A stretch of 53,218 nt of DNA from Octopus bimaculoides. Its lineage: Eukaryota. This document shows positions 11,445 to 23,779 of this stretch, piece by piece; position 1 is the first letter of the stretch; each line of letters opens with the position of its first letter. The notes under the pieces are model-generated. The model had not been told where the DNA came from. It searched no databases and saw only the letters and a list, made by a program, of their open reading frames with translations. The DNA lies in the NCBI RefSeq assembly GCF_001194135.2, contig NC_068990.1:40819427-40872644 (forward strand), written 5' to 3'. The position numbers were made by a program, and so were the translations under genes.

Positions 11445-12602
11445 ACTGTGAGGAGGAGTGACAGAGAAATTGTATACATGTTAGCATGTGTATTAGCACA
11501 TAGATATATATACATTCATTTATAATTAAGTTGCCTGCAACATCAATTATTAAGCAAGATAGAAAATACATAAACATCCTATTAATAATCTTTGCTACAA
11601 GAGAATGTCTCATTTTCGCATGTAATTTCTTTAGTTCTTTAGTTCTCTATTCTCATATAGATTTCTCTATTGAACGCTGCTTTGCTCCTGTCATTTAGTA
11701 CAAAATACACTCTGACGTGTTTTAGCCTGTTTACAAGGCAATTTTCATTGATTTGCCACGCACACCTCATACACTTTTACACAGACATACACAAACATAC
11801 ACATACATAATCTTACCCTCTCTCTCATTAACCGCATCTTTCGTGTTTCTTTTCTTTTTTTTGTTTGTTTTTTCTTTCCCTTTCATTAATTCCTTCTTTT
11901 AATTATCTTTCTTTCCTAAACATTTAAACAATTATTTCTTCGTGATTACTTCTTTATTTTTCTCATTTTCCTTCATGTATTTTTTTCTTTCATTTACATA
12001 GTTTGTCTTTGTAATTTTCTTTTTTCGCATTGTTATTTCCTCCACATTTTTCAAATTTAAATATAATATAAAACAATATAATATAATATAATATAATATA
12101 ATATAATATGATATATATATATATATCTTTTGATAATTCATTCCATTATTTATTCTTTTCCCCCATCGTTCTTGTTCTTTCTCTGTATTTATGCAATTGT
12201 TGAGCGCTTCTCGTTTTTGTTCCTTTGATCAGGATTTTTTGTCTTTTTTCTCACCGTCTCTTCAATTCAATACCACTTTACATTTCTTTTCTTGTTTCCC
12301 CCTTTTTAACATAGTCCCTGCAATCTTTGTTTCCTCCATAGTATTACCACCTTGCGATTATCCGTAAATGATGTCTCCATAATCGTTCAGAAGAAGAGTT
12401 CTAAAGACTTCCGTGTAAGTTCCATCTGCGTCTCTTGATATTTTGAAATGGCTACAATTCATGGATATATTTTAGGATATAAGAATGGTAAGGCTACATT
12501 GATCTAGAGTGGTCACTGAAGTACGTTGATCTAGGTCCCTTAGCATCAGCATATAGAAGATTCCTATATAGATGTTTCATAATAACTATCTTCGTTTCAT
12601 AG

Positions 12603-12823
12603 ACAGAAGAGCGCGCCGCTCTATTCTCCGGCTCCCGCCATGCCAGACCGTCATCGTTTTGCAGCGCTGCTTTCGTCTTTCGACGACGACAGCCGCCTGC
12701 TTATCCGAAACGGCGCAGCAACATAACGGATCAGAGGTCACAACGCAGCATATTGGGCTAGAATCGTCATGCACAACTTGTCATGTTGACTCTTGCCGTG
12801 GGTTACTTAAAGATTATAAGTGA
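12603..12823 (+). other. CpG/GC-rich segment; candidate exon or promoter
   Basis: Abrupt CpG-rich non-repetitive block in an AT-rich background; AG acceptor at 12601-12602; one frame open to 12823. Confidence 0.3.
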
Positions 12824-14856
12824 TTGGGAAATTTTCAGACGCTTAAATTGTATTTCAATTGTCTTTGTTGAATGACGAAAAATCGATATATCTACACTCA
12901 AATAATGCGCGCGCGCACACACACACATACATACACACACACACAAAGCAAACCGTTTTATACCTTAGTGACTCAAGTAAAAATAGATCTTAGATGTTGA
13001 TACATGCGTTGGAAATAATAAAAGGGAGATGATTGGGTAAGTTCTTTGTATATATATGGAATATACATGCAGATACTCGTGTCTGTATGAGTGTTCGCGC
13101 AGGTGTGTATGCGTGCATACGAAAGGTACGGGGTTAGTGGGTTGTGTAAAACTGCTTTGAAAACTTGAAATATAAATATCGCCTTAGTATTGTTCGTAAT
13201 GTACATTTTCAACTGGACGCAGTTATTAAATAACTATGTATGTATGTATGTATGCATGCATATGGCTGTATATATCTATATCTATCTACATATATGTTAA
13301 ACATGTGACAGAAGCGGTATTAATAGTATTAATACCAAAAGGTAATATTTATTTCCCACTTAAAGTGGATGTCGTGTTGGAAGAAAAATACTGCGTTATT
13401 TACCATGATTGTACTTCTCACAGAGCATTCGTGTTTATGTCGTTGGCGAGTGAAAACCGTCCACTACGGGCATCGGAATGGCCAGATCATGTAATTTCTA
13501 CCTTTCTTGGCTTTGCCAATGACTGATATCCAGCTCATGGCTGGTTACCTGCTCTTTAGACGACAAGTATTCTCCACTTCCTGACAACGGAAGAAGAGAA
13601 TTTAGTAGCAATCACTATATATATCAAACGCAAGTTAAGATGAACTGGCTTTAGTAAATTTTAAAAAATATATTACTCACCAGTATTATTAAATACTTCA
13701 ATATTTTATGCACAAACAACGCCCATATGAAAATCTAAGGTAAATTTAAGTATAGTTAGTCAACTGTTTGTTGTAAAACTACATTAACACTCCTTACAAT
13801 GTGTTAAGTAAACTAATGTGAATACATTATATTCTCTTCACACAAAAAGAAGACATTTTCACTTGTATATGATATAAAAATATTTATATACATATATGAC
13901 CTTGCATTTAGAATTAAGTTCTTTATCACATGATGCTTTCATCAAGGCTTAGCTTACACCAATATACTTTAAATACCGAATGCAATTCGACATATACATT
14001 ACTTTGGTGTGTGCAAAACTCTCCTTCTACTTCTACTAATGTCTGACATAGCAAGGTATTATATCATTCTGCGATGGGTAAATGATAATAAACATACTAA
14101 CGCAAGTATTCATGCAGACACACACTCACACACACATACTCACACATAAACAAATATGCTTATATACAAAAACAATTTATTTTGAAGGGTAGCAATGACC
14201 ACTATGTAGTCATTTGTTTTAATATTTTAACTTAGAAATAAAATTAATTCCATGTAGAAGGTTACTTTCTTTTTTAAGTATGTCATTTAGTTCGGCACCA
14301 CCTATCTAAGATATTTAAATCCGTGACATAAAGTGAATTTAGTTATTTCTCTTGATTTCATTCTCGTAATTATGTAACTTCTACTCGTAAAACTGTTTTC
14401 TGATAAAAATAGGGCTTGAGAAAAGAATGATTCAGCGATGAGATCGAATAGCAACGAAACTTGATTATAGCTGCGACTTTGCCTTTTGTCAAGAGTTTGA
14501 TTCTCTTTAGTTTCTTCGAAGTAAGAAATATTAACTTTCTGTATAATATATTCTGAATTTTTTTTAATTCTCCCCTTTTTTCTTTGTGTGTTACTTACAA
14601 CGTTTTGTTTAATTTCTCCAAGACGCAAATTTCAATTCATATATAATTTCTTCGATTATATCTCTCAAGGCATCAACACTTATCCGATATATTTATTTAT
14701 TTATTTAGTTATGCTTATTATTAAAGTTTCCAAAGTTCTTGATGAAGTCATAAATATTATCAACTCTGCCTTCATCGTGTTGAATCCTTCATTGACATTG
14801 TACTTATTTTATTCTAACGTATAAGCATACGTCCATACGAGCTTCTGTATATGTAA

Positions 14857-14893
<37 letters not shown>

Positions 14894-14962
14894 GTGTGTG
14901 TGTGTGCGTGTGTGTGTGCACGCGCGGTCATATATGATATACAAAATATATACGTATATACG

Positions 14963-15340
14963 GGAGGCTGTGTGGTAAGAAGGATGCGTGAAACTTCGGG
15001 CTTGTGCCTTCTACTATAGTCTCGGGCCGACCAAAGTCCAGTGAGTGGAATTGGTAGATGGAAACTGAAAGAAGCCTGACGTATAAACAAATAAATAAAT
15101 ACACACATATGTGTGTGTCTTTCTGTCTGTGTTTCTCCCCCACCATCGCTTGACAACCGATGTTGGTTTGTTTACGTTCCTGTGAGCTTGTGGTTCGGCA
15201 AAAGAAACTGCTAGAGTAAGTACTAGACTTACAAAGAATAAGTCCTGGAGTCGATTTCATCGACTAAATCCATTTAAGGTGGTGCACCGGCATGGCCACA
15301 GTGAGAGGACTGGAATAATTACAAGAGTAATAAAAGAGGA
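14963..15340 (+). mobile_element. SINE family A copy, head partly deleted
   Basis: CGGGCCGACCAAAG..GAGTGGA..GGTAGA.GGAAACTGAAAGAAGCC left half and CATCGCTTGACAACCGATG..ATAAGTCCTGG right half shared with other copies. Confidence 0.85.
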
Positions 15341-16227
15341 ATATATGTATGTCTATGTATATATATACGTACATATATACATATANNNNNNNNNNNNNNN
15401 NNNNNNNNNNNNNNNNNNNNNNNNNNNNNNNNNNNNNNNNNNNNNNNNNNNNNNNNNNNNNNNNNNNNNNNNNNNNNNNNNNNNNNNNNNNNNNNNNNNN
15501 NNNNNNNNNNNNNNNNNNNNNNNNNNNNNNNNNNNNNNNNNNNNNNNNNNNNNNNNNNNNNNNNNNNNNNNNNNNNNNNNNNNNNNNNNNNNNNNNNNNN
15601 NNNNNNNNNNNNNNNNNNNNNNNNNNNNNNNNNNNNNNNNNNNNNNNNNNNNNNNNNNNNNNNNNNNNNNNNNNNNNNNNNNNNNNNNNNNNNNNNNNNN
15701 NNNNNNNNNNNNNNNNNNNNNNTGTATGTATGTATGTATGCATGCATATATGACTGTATGAGTGTGTTTTTGTGTACTGACGTATATATACAAAGAAACG
15801 AGTAGTGGTGAAGGATTCGTCTATATAAACTGCAAAATGCTGGACCCCATGCAGATAACCGCTTCGGTGTTTGGAATATTTCCATCAGAACTATTTGGTT
15901 AGATATTTTGAAATTGTGAATTATTATTATTATTATGTTCTACATCGTCATCATCATCATCATCGTGGTCGTTGTCGTCGTCATCCTCATCGTCATCATC
16001 ACCATCACTGTCGTTGCACAGCTGCATGCCAGATCAATCTCGGCTTGAGTGACTTCCCTACACCCTTACATATAAGTATATGCGAAGTTTGCATGAGCAA
16101 ATCACGTGTATACCGGATCCTATATGTCATCCACATAGATGCATCTTCAAAAGGAACAAGGCTCGTTCCTTAAATAATGCTAATCCTCATAAGTGTAAAC
16201 ATTACAAAATGCATGTAATGTATCTAT

Positions 16228-16275
<48 letters not shown>

Positions 16276-16452
16276 NNNNNNNNNNNNNNNNNNNNNNNNN
16301 NNNNNNNNNNNNNNNNNNNNNNNNNNNNNNNNNNNNNNNNNNNNNNNNNNNNNNNNNNNNNNNNNNNNNNNNNNNNNNNNNNNNNNNNNNNNNNNNNNNN
16401 NNNNNNNNNNNNNNNNNNNNNNNNNNNNNNNNNNNNNNNNNNNNNNNNNNNN

Positions 16453-16510
<58 letters not shown>

Positions 16511-16756
16511 CATGTATGTATATATGCATGTTTATACGTATGCATATAAGTAGCACGATAAATACATATTCCCGATGCACACATACACACACACACGCAC
16601 ACGCATATACACACACTACATACACATACACACACACACACTCACACACACACATATTGTCAATCTATCAAATTCCAATTCTGATTTTCACGTTTTATTA
16701 TTTGCGCATGAAAGTACTTGTTTTATCACAATATATATATATATATGAATAAGAAA

Positions 16757-17121
16757 AGCTAGAGGGAAAAAACATGTACACCTAGAGTAAATTAATTGAT
16801 AAATTTAATTAAAAATTATGAGTCTATTTATAATAAAATATTCACTTATAGAGATCTAAACGGAATAAAGATAAACCCACGTACAAACGTATACAAACGT
16901 TTATTTATACATACACACACGAAATACCTAAACATACCTACACTAAACATACAAACATCAATACGTGCGTACATATATACAAACATATACAGGCAAAACA
17001 TAAAAGTAAATATATATACTAATGTTTCTATAGGTATCTACATACATATATATACACATGATATGTCTCCATGCTTATATTCTAAATGTACATCTATGAT
17101 GCTGCAGGTTAGAGAAAGAAG
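16757..17121 (-). repeat. Inverted copy of the PLE 3' non-coding region (partner 19245-19583)
   Basis: Hand alignment: about 19 mismatches in the first 148 nt. Confidence 0.85.
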
Positions 17122-17596
17122 ATTAGTGTCTATCGTTATCCGAAAGTCCATTCTTTGGAGGAAATCAATAAGACTCTTCCTAAGTCTATCTGACTCTTGG
17201 TCGTTCATATTACGGGTGACTATAAGACCGTCATCCTAGTATAATCATGTATCTATAAAAGGGAATTCCAGATGCAGGCTATGCAAAATATAGGGTCCTA
17301 TAAGTATGCATAATTTCGCCACATCATATTCCCCTACCGGCACTTCGAATAAAGAATCCTCGCTCTTTTTGGTCCAAGTGGAATCATCGTAAAAAAAAAA
17401 GGGATTTCCTTGCATGCAGGATAATATCTACGTCCGAACTGTCGATAGTAATATATTGCTTGGCGAAGTCTAATGCTTTAAGAAGTAAAGGCCTGGACAT
17501 TGACGGGTAAAAATCGACAATATCGAACTGTGTAAATTTGCAGTTCCATTTAAGGCTAATTCCCTTGAACTACTATATAACTGACTTATTACTTTC
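17119..17596 (-). mobile_element. Penelope-like RT core fragment, inverted relative to the rest of the element
   Basis: Translates KFTQFDIVDFYPSMSRPLLLKALDFAKQY...ILHARKSL...FEVPVGEYDVAKLC...LY*DDGL...RLRKSLIDFLQRMDFRITIDTNL; PLE RT motifs with stops and a frameshift. Confidence 0.85.
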
Positions 17597-18654
17597 TTCC
17601 AAAGAATGGGTGAACGGGTAACGATAGATTCTAATCTTAATAATGTAGAATTTTTAGATATTAACTTAGATTTGCAATTAGATAAATTTAAATCCTACCG
17701 CAAGCCTAATGAAAAACTATATTATATTAACAAAGAGTCAAATCATTCACCATTGATACTTAAGAATTTAGTGAGTAATATGAGAAGGCGCATATCATCT
17801 ATATCTTCAGACGAGAAAGCGATTCAAAATGCCGCGCCGTATTATAATAATGCATTAAGGAACGGCGGTTTCTTGGAGAAGATCCAGCATGGTCAAAGCA
17901 CTACTAGCAATAATAGGACACGTAAAATTAGAACCAGGAAAGTTCTATGGTTTAATTCGGCATTAAACATTGCAGTAAAAACTAATATAGGTAGAGAATT
18001 CTTGAAACTAGTTTCTACGCACTTCAAGAAAACCATAAGTTCTATAGAATTTTTAATAGAAGAATGCTAAAGATTAACTATTCTTGTTGCAAGAGCTTCT
18101 TTAATTAACCAGTACAACACGAAAACTATTAGAAGCAACCATAGTGCCGGAATTAACCAGAATATTTGTAAATGTAAATGCCAGAGTTGCTGTCCGTTAC
18201 GAGGAAATTGTCTAGAGAAAGGAATTGTTTATAGAGCTAAGGTGCAAATAGATGGCTCACAAGAATGCAAAACATATACAAGAGCTTCGGAAAATTCCTT
18301 TAAAACTAGATGATATTCCCACCAAAATTCATTTCGATACAGTGAAAATAGCTTAGCAACGAGTCTTGCGAAACATGTCTGGCATTTGAAAGAAAATGAT
18401 ACTTGTCCTTTCAATATTAGTTAAACGATCTTGGAGAAAGCTGCACCATATCAGCATGGAGTATATAGACGTCCAATGAGGTGCAATTTGTGCCTCACTG
18501 AAAAGCTCTTCGTCCTGTTCCAGGATAAATACGCATTGAACCAAAGACAGGAGATTTTGAATTCCTGAAGACATGCTACGAGGTTTAAAACGTCGAGTGA
18601 TAAAATACCGAACGGATATTTGACTTGCACATTTGAATTTGGCTTTTCTACCTA
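17597..18654 (+). mobile_element. Penelope-like element: RT C-terminus, Cys linker and GIY-YIG endonuclease (pseudogenised)
   Basis: VEFLDINL..YRKPNEKLYYINKESNHSP; CKCQSCCPLRGNCLEKGIVYRAKV..KTY..FKTR*YSHQNSF..LAKHVWHLK..CNLCLTEK..LNQRQEILNS*RH. Confidence 0.9.
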
Positions 18655-19766
18655 AAAACAGGCAACATTTTGTGTAATATTCATTATACATTTATCGCCT
18701 TTACATTTTACATTTATCGACTTTCAAGAAAACCTTCCACTGTTTACAAATTTAAATTTAAATTTCGCCGAGGTCAAATTTTTACTCATTTTCAAATATA
18801 AATTTTAAATTCATATTTTTTAAATTCTTATTTTTAAAATTCATATTTTTTAAATTCATATTTTTTTCATATTTATATTTCAATTAATTATATTACATTA
18901 AATTTTGCACCATTTTCTTATTTTAATATTCAATACACCAGACAGTTTTTAATATATTTGTATGCGTATATACCTTGTGTATATATGTATCTTGATATGT
19001 GTATANNNNNNNNNNATATATCTGTATATCTATATATTTGTATGCGCGTATGTATGTGTGTTACTATTGTATATATGGATGTATTTATGTGGATGTGCAT
19101 ACCTATTTAATATGTGCGAGTTTACAGGCTTACAGAAGAGTTTTAATAGGAAAGCTATTTTTCAAATCATTTTCTGTCTCTCACTCTTTCTATTTTTCTC
19201 TTTCTCTTTTTTCTTTCTTCCACCACTTCTTATTTCTCATTCTTTTTCTTTTTCTAACTTGCAATGTCATAGATGTGCATTGAGAATATACGCACGGAGA
19301 CGTATAATGTGTACATATATGTATGTAGATTCCTATAGATACATTAGTATATCTATTCACTTTTATATTTTGCCTGTATATGTTTGTATATATATGTATG
19401 CATGTATAAACGTTTGTATGTATATGCGTTTTGTGTGTGCATGTATAAGTAAATGTTTGTATGCGTATTTATTTTTATGCTGTTTAGATTTCTGTAAGTG
19501 AATATTTTATTATAATTTTTTAATCATATTTATTTTACCATTAATTAATTTACCTTGGGTATACATGTTTTTTTCTGCTAGCTAAAGCTAGTTTTTGATT
19601 TAAGGTTTTCTTCGATTTTACATAATATGATGTTTAAATCGTAATTTTAATTTTATATATACCACCGGTTCTTAAAAAGACATTTAAAACCAATTTCAAA
19701 TGTGTATTTGTCAATATAAATTGTATATTTCTACATATAACCTTACTTTTTGTTCTGTTCTCAACC

Positions 19767-19812
19767 AAAACTGTCCGACGAGCGGGAACTTGAAACACTG
19801 AGTAGCAGTTTT
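19767..19812 (+). ncRNA. Degenerate minimal type I hammerhead ribozyme motif in the PLE 3' region
   Basis: Stem I AAAACTGT/GCAGTTTT; core CCGACGA (U4C); GAAAC-ACTGA-GTA; stem II nearly lost. Confidence 0.6.
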
Positions 19813-20183
19813 TTGTGATATTTCTGTGATGATTTTGATGATTTAATAATAAAACATATTACTCTACCTCCGGTATTCCAGTACTATTTCTTCCCATCTT
19901 GTTTCACATTTATGTACTTACTTTGGTATATATAAATGTACATGTGTATACCTACAAAGTAAATTGTTATGATACTTAAGTTACATATATTTTTAATAAC
20001 AAGTTGACTCAGCTTTAAGTTTCGTGGTTGCGTAGGACATGTCAGAGTTGGCAGTTACGAGTTTCAGGTGACCAATGGGGCTCACGTCACTCATAGTCTC
20101 CAGATGAAACCAGACGAAAGTTGGAAAATGGAGGTTTCCCTTTCTATGCGCCTAAAGAAGTGCATGTGCTGTACACACACACC

Positions 20184-20296
<113 letters not shown>

Positions 20297-20513
20297 TAGT
20301 GTGTGCAAATAAAATCTAGACGAGATCAAATTTCATGGTTTTCCATGTGTCATAATCCGTGACTGGACTAATGAAGTTTTAGTTGTTTTCCGTTCAGAAT
20401 AATGTGGCGGCATCTGGCATCTAATCAGTTGTGGCTTCACCCTGCTACACTAGAGCTCGTTTTATGCTGTTGCTCCTGCGTGCACGCGGTCATTATTAGC
20501 CTTTTAATTCATG

Positions 20514-21200
20514 ATGGATATCACACTCAAGAAACATGCAAATATTGTAACTCTTAGAAAAAGGTTAGTTTTAGTATCAGACAAATTGCTGAAAAGATGA
20601 ATATAGCATTTGGCGAAATTTTGAAGAGAACTGGCGTACAAGAGAACTTGAAGAGAACTGGCAAAGACACTGGCGTACAAACGGCAATGCACCGAGGAAG
20701 ATGTGGAAAACGAGGTAAGTCAAAACCTTACGATGATAAGGCTTCGATCAGAAATAAAGGATCCAAGGAAAACCAGTAAAGATCTTCAGAGAGATTTGGC
20801 TTCAGCTGATATAAATATTCCGTCTTCAACTGCCCGACGAAGACTTCTTGAAGCTGGCAGACCTGCCAGAAAGTCGGTACGTAAACATTTATTGACTGCT
20901 GCAATGAAAATAAAATGTCTGCGCTGGGCACGTGACCATGCTGGATAGAAAGCATAAGATAAAAAGAAAGGTAAAATCTTCGTATGAATCACATTTTGGA
21001 GTGCAATGGTACAGGTTAGTGGTAGGTAGACGGAGCAAAGGTGAGTCTTATCGGCTAGAGCACATTCAACAAATGTAAAAAAAAAAACGTACTTAAAGTA
21101 TTGTTTGGTGGTTGATTTACAGCTGAAAGCCCAGGGAGGTTTATTAGTGCCGATGAAATGATGAGACACATGCAATCATAGACAGGATAATAAGGATAAT
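20514..21200 (+). mobile_element. Tc1-family transposase relic (N-terminal HTH region to first catalytic motif)
   Basis: KDPRKTSKDLQRDLASADINIPSSTARRRLLEAGRPARKSVRKHLLTAAMKIKCLRWARDH, then a decayed S(D)ESHF; frameshifts. Confidence 0.85.
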
Positions 21201-22148
21201 CTTGTAAATAAACATAACGAGATTTCGATTAGATACCGCACAAATAGAGTAGGACTATTGGTAATCTATATTTGCTGGTTTCTAGCGTATTATCATAAAA
21301 GTCGAATAGGTGCTGATACAAACGGACAATTTCCGCTGATACACGATACAATGTTTTCAGACGTGTTACAAGTTTCTACTGAAATGCTGAATGGAACAAA
21401 CCGTATTTTACTAGAAGCTTACTACTGAATTCTTCGTTTGCTTAAAAGTATTTCTCTATGTGTAGCAGTATTGAGACGAGTGGTGTAAGCTTAGGGAGCC
21501 GGACTCAATATATAGACTACACTCGACGAGGTTGACTTTGTTCTCCTGTCCATCAGGGAGAAAATTGCTACAGTAATATCATAGGACTGATTTTATCCAC
21601 TTTCATTCGAGCAAACTGAACAAAGTGATTAATATATGTGAGATGATTGAAAATACAATGCTGTTGGGAATAGGTAATTTTGTTCCGATCAAACATTGAA
21701 GCCACTTCATAAGCTGACCAAATTGACTGAAAAGTCGAAGTTGAACTGGATTCATTAACGTTTTCGTCAAATTATCGAAATGTTGGTTAATTATGTTGTC
21801 GTAACCCTTTCAAAGATGAGCTAAACTATCAGGGCAGAACTGCCGACTGTTTTCTGACCAATACAGTTTGAATTTCTAGTAACTGGATGTGAACTGCAGA
21901 TCCTGTGACCACTTATATCTAGTTTGCTGTTGACGTAATCAATTGCTACTCTACTCTCTTATTCTGAAACAAGAAATATTACACAGTATTTTGTAAGCGA
22001 TTAGCTTCAAATCAGCAATCAGGTTTCGATTTAGAGATGCTGGTGCGTAACTTTCTGCCTTGTGAATGCACTTGAGTCATTTCCTAACTCATATAATGAA
22101 AGCTTGCATTATCGCATGCATACATATGTACATAAGCAGAAACATACA

Positions 22149-22208
<60 letters not shown>

Positions 22209-23400
22209 TACATGCACGCACGCACGCATGCAGACATACATACAAACATACATACATATATACATACATACATACATACACACACATACATACACACACA
22301 TACATACATACATACATACATACATACATGCATACATACATCGCTAGTGTAGAATCTTGTTCAGGGTTACTCACATTTAAGGGTCATAAATAACTATTTC
22401 TTTCTTTATACTTCGTGCAGAAATGGAATTCTCCTCCCTCACATCTCCTTCTCTTCCACTCTACAACCTCTAAAAATGTCTCCGAAAAGTTGATAACGCT
22501 TCATTTTCTCAACAAACGTTTTATTAATAACAACTATCTTTTTCTCTTAATTAACTTCATCAAACTATAAATTTATGGTTAATTACCTATTAATTGCTGA
22601 AAAGATGAAAAATAAATGTGATAACAGAAAGTAACCAAATAGAAGCATAAAAGAAAACGAATTGTTCAGATTGTAAAAATATCTCTTCAAAATGAATCTA
22701 AAAACGAAATAATTAGTATAGCGAGAGGGGAAAAAAGATAAAATTAATTAGGGGGGTATATGTAAAACGAATCATTCTAATGAAGTGAGAATAGGACTAT
22801 TTAAATGACTGCGAAAATATCTTTAATTCCGCGTCAGTTTTTTTTTTTCTTGTAAAAAAATATCGATGTTTGGTAATCAATTGTGATTTAACTTGATATA
22901 GGACTTGGTCATACCAAAAGTTTATTTTAGAGGTAACAGTAAGAAATTTATGTAGTTATGTAGGTGTTCACCATTGGAGAAAGTTCTGAAACTTTCCCCT
23001 AATTAAAGAAATATTATGTGAGGTTTTTTTTTTCCGTTAATCAATTTTTGACGCTATGAGTAAGGTACATTATTGCTATATAAAATATTTGTTCTGGAAA
23101 TAAGAACTGTGCTGTTGCTGGTAGTTAACTATGGGATAAACATTAAACTAGGATTAAGTATTTATTCATAATTTACAACCGGTTTATTATTATAGATGCT
23201 GCTTATTTGTTCTTGCACTGCTGGTTCAAAGCTTATATGTAGAAGTAAAGAGTGTTCTTGGATCCTATCAAGCTGACATTTTGTTGTTTTTAAAGAAGGA
23301 AATATAACCTACAAACAAAATTTATGACTCGTCAACAGATTGTATCACTTCTCTTAAGAAAGGCTTTCTCATTGTGTGCAACTGGAAACATATACAGAAT

Positions 23401-23592
23401 ATTCTTTTCTAATCTAGGCACAAGGCCTGAAATTTTGGGGGAGGGGCCAGTCGATTAGATCGACCCCAGTACGCAACTGGTACTTAATTTATCGATCCCG
23501 AAAGGATGAAAGGTAAAGTCGACCCCGGCGGAATTTGAACGCAGAACCTAAAGACAGATGAAATACGCAAAGCATTTCGCTCGCTGCCTTAA
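23401..23592 (-). mobile_element. SINE family C copy
   Basis: Aligns with 31848-32056, 42319-42525 and 52116-52326; B-box-like GTTCAAATTCC and GTCGACTTT.CCTTTCATCCTTTCGGG.TCGATAAA core. Confidence 0.85.
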
Positions 23593-23779
23593 CACATACA
23601 GAATATTATTTCAGGTTTGTGAAACAGTTTGACATCCATGTATGAATATTTCTTTTGGCCAAACTCCATCCTTCTATTAAAAGAAAAAGTTAATATATTC
23701 AGCTGTTTACTGTATAGGTCTTTCGCTCATCTACAAGGAAATTATGAATTAACTTGTTATCTTTGTTGTTTTTAATGTA

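Noticed and set aside
14433-14473. CGATGAG...CGAAAC hammerhead-like spacing
   Set aside because: Core lacks a nucleotide, stems II and III do not pair, and stem I is marginal.
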